A stretch of 64,000 nt of DNA, taken from contig CM114271.1 of the NCBI GenBank assembly GCA_050084515.1, positions 41,974,001-42,038,000 on the forward strand, given 5' to 3'. This document shows positions 61,771 to 64,000 of the stretch, one piece after another. Each line of letters opens with the position of its first letter. Positions within the stretch are counted from its first letter, which is position 1. This DNA comes from Blasia pusilla (lineage: Eukaryota). The translations under genes and the position numbers were made by a program. The notes under the pieces are model-generated. The model searched no databases. It had not been told where the DNA came from and saw nothing but the letters and a program-made list of their open reading frames with translations.

Positions 61771-63815
61771 TGTACATCAAATCCTTGGCACGCTTGTTGG
61801 TTAATTTATTCCTATGCTTAGAATAGATAAACCATAACTACTCCAATTTCTATTCGCTGAAGAGGGAGAGACCTCTTGTGCTAATATTGACTTTGCCAAA
61901 GAGGACTATGTTGGGGCACCTTGACCGTGTGTGTATGGTTGAAATAATATCAACCATGTCCATAGCTTTGGACATTGTCATAAAAAAACCCGCGATGCCT
62001 TCTATCCACTGGGCCATGGAATAATAGGAAAAGAATGGGTCTCTTCCATTATCACAAATATATGGCCATAAATACGCCCCATCATTGGTTTATGACCATC
62101 ACACTCTCTCAACGGAATACTATTGGGAGAATCATAATAAACAACTTTTCATCTTCTACCAAAAAATCACCATTGGCCACAATAATCTCAATCTCTCTTT
62201 CCTTCTCCTTTTGCCTTGTATTCCTCCTATTGAAATACTTCCTAAAAGCATTTGTGATAACCATGGCATGGACGCCTCCCTCAATTCTAAGATATTTCAT
62301 TCCATCATAAAGTTTGTTGCAAAGCGTGTACTAGTAGAAATAAAAATTTGTCTCTTCATTGGGTTGGTAAGGGGCTAATATATCCATCTAGACATTAAAT
62401 AGGAGGCTACTCTTTCTCGTCTCATGAATTTTTTTTAATCAATGTTGTATCCCGATCTCTTGATAAATCTATTAATCTTTCCATAGGTACTAGAAGTATA
62501 TGTCTAAGCTCTGTCAGTTGTGGTAATCTAATGGTTCTTGCAACCTTTTCTAGTTCCCTTACTACCTCTGATTTTGTAAGCTTGTGTTCATTGAATTCTA
62601 CCCTCTTGAATAGCAGTGTATCTTTTTCAATGATTCCTTTTGTCGATGATTGATAGAAAAAGAGTTACATAGTAGTGAATACATACATGTTATGCCTAAG
62701 AGTTTTGCCCATTAACAAGAAAATCTAAGGGAGTGAAATTTCCCAAAATCTGAAGGTTCTTTCTACTTGACACTCTGGACAACATAACATATGTCAAACC
62801 AAAATTGAAAGCATGCTTCAAGACAACCAAACATGACTTTCAAAGTGTACCTTGTGTGTAACTTAGAGTAAGGTGCTATATATGGAATACAAATTTGTGT
62901 TGACAAAACTTTGGAACGAGCTCACTATGAACTAGTACATATTCATACTACGAGAGCCTAATCTTGTTATGCAAAGTAGTATTACTTGAAGAGTGCACAA
63001 AAGAACTCATGCTTAGGAAATGTAACTCTATATACTCGCAAGGATATTCTTTCATATACAAAGATGGAGAAAAAGATAATCTAGTACTAATTGTAGAGCA
63101 AATCCAATTGTCATTAGAGGAATAAAAAAGTAAACCTTTTGATTAATAATGAAATAAGCCAAAATGTATTAATTAAACAAGAAGGTATGACTAACCTTAA
63201 GTTGTTGCCTAAATTTTTGGGATGACATTCACTCCTATTGTAGGTGGGAAATTTCCGCAACATGAATTGTGATGAATGCCAACCATCGAAATAAAAATTT
63301 AAGTCATTGTGGGGTATTACCTACCTTTCCCATAATTTATAAAAGTGACCATGGTCTAAAGGAACAAATAGATTCACAGTTCTTGCTTGAGAATATATGA
63401 GGAAAAGGAAAAGAATACAAGGGTGTTGTTTGACAAATTGAGTAGAGGCTTGCAAACATAATTATATAAATGAATGTTGACAACACATAATCTATGGTTG
63501 TTTAATGATCCTTGTTGCACTACAAAAAAACACTTACGAGAAGTGAAGACACAAGAACATTGAAGTTATGTCTGTCATAATCTTACTCTCGAGAGAATGT
63601 TATCAACTGATAAGTTTTTTTGCTTTTAAGAGAAATTTAGGTAGAGGGTCACTTCCACATTGAAATCGTGACATAATAGACTAAGAAAATATAGAGAGAT
63701 GAACCTACCAAGTGGATTGCAAGTGGCAAAAAACTACTAAGATAAATATAAAATGCGTGATAAAGGCCAAAATTTTTGAAAAGCCCCTACTAATTTTCCA
63801 ATATGAATTCATAAA

Positions 63816-64000
63816 CAAGGTTGCATGTGGACAAAGTCCGTGTCCATGGACATGTCCGTCCAATGGAAAGACTTGTCCGTATGGGCCCCACCTTTCCTTT
63901 CTTCCTCATTCCCCTTACTTGCCTCCGTGTTCCATACTCCTCCATTTCTTCCTCCCTCCACTTCAACCTCCACTCCCTCCTCCCTCATTACTCCTCTCAT
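63816..64000. mobile_element. MITE-like repeat, copy 3, running off the window
   Basis: CAAGGTTGCATGTGGACAAAGTCCGTGTCCATGGAC... aligns with the other two copies. Confidence 0.7.

Overview
Eukaryotic nuclear DNA, most consistent with a bryophyte such as a moss. The basis is spliceosomal introns, a plant-type tRNA-Asp, PDF1A, and Rab21, which flowering plants have lost. The window is dominated by nested, decayed transposable elements. Intact host genes are a 6-exon Rab21 GTPase, a 4-exon peptide deformylase 1A and tRNA-Asp(GUC). Mobile DNA includes a Ty3/Gypsy element with a PHD finger at the integrase C-terminus, an odd double-LTR junction and no tRNA primer site. It also includes three copies of one Ty1/Copia family, whose complete copies have TA...CA LTRs. 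One Copia sits in a hAT transposase and one in a non-LTR element. There are three copies of a CRE-like restriction-like-endonuclease (RLE) non-LTR retrotransposon with an IADD RT motif, an intron-containing Helitron, a three-copy MITE-like repeat, a CACTA remnant and a U6 pseudogene. Several perfect or near-perfect hairpins, a hidden RING-finger remnant and unidentified gene-like islands are also present. All alignments were done by eye, so the boundaries of decayed elements are approximate.
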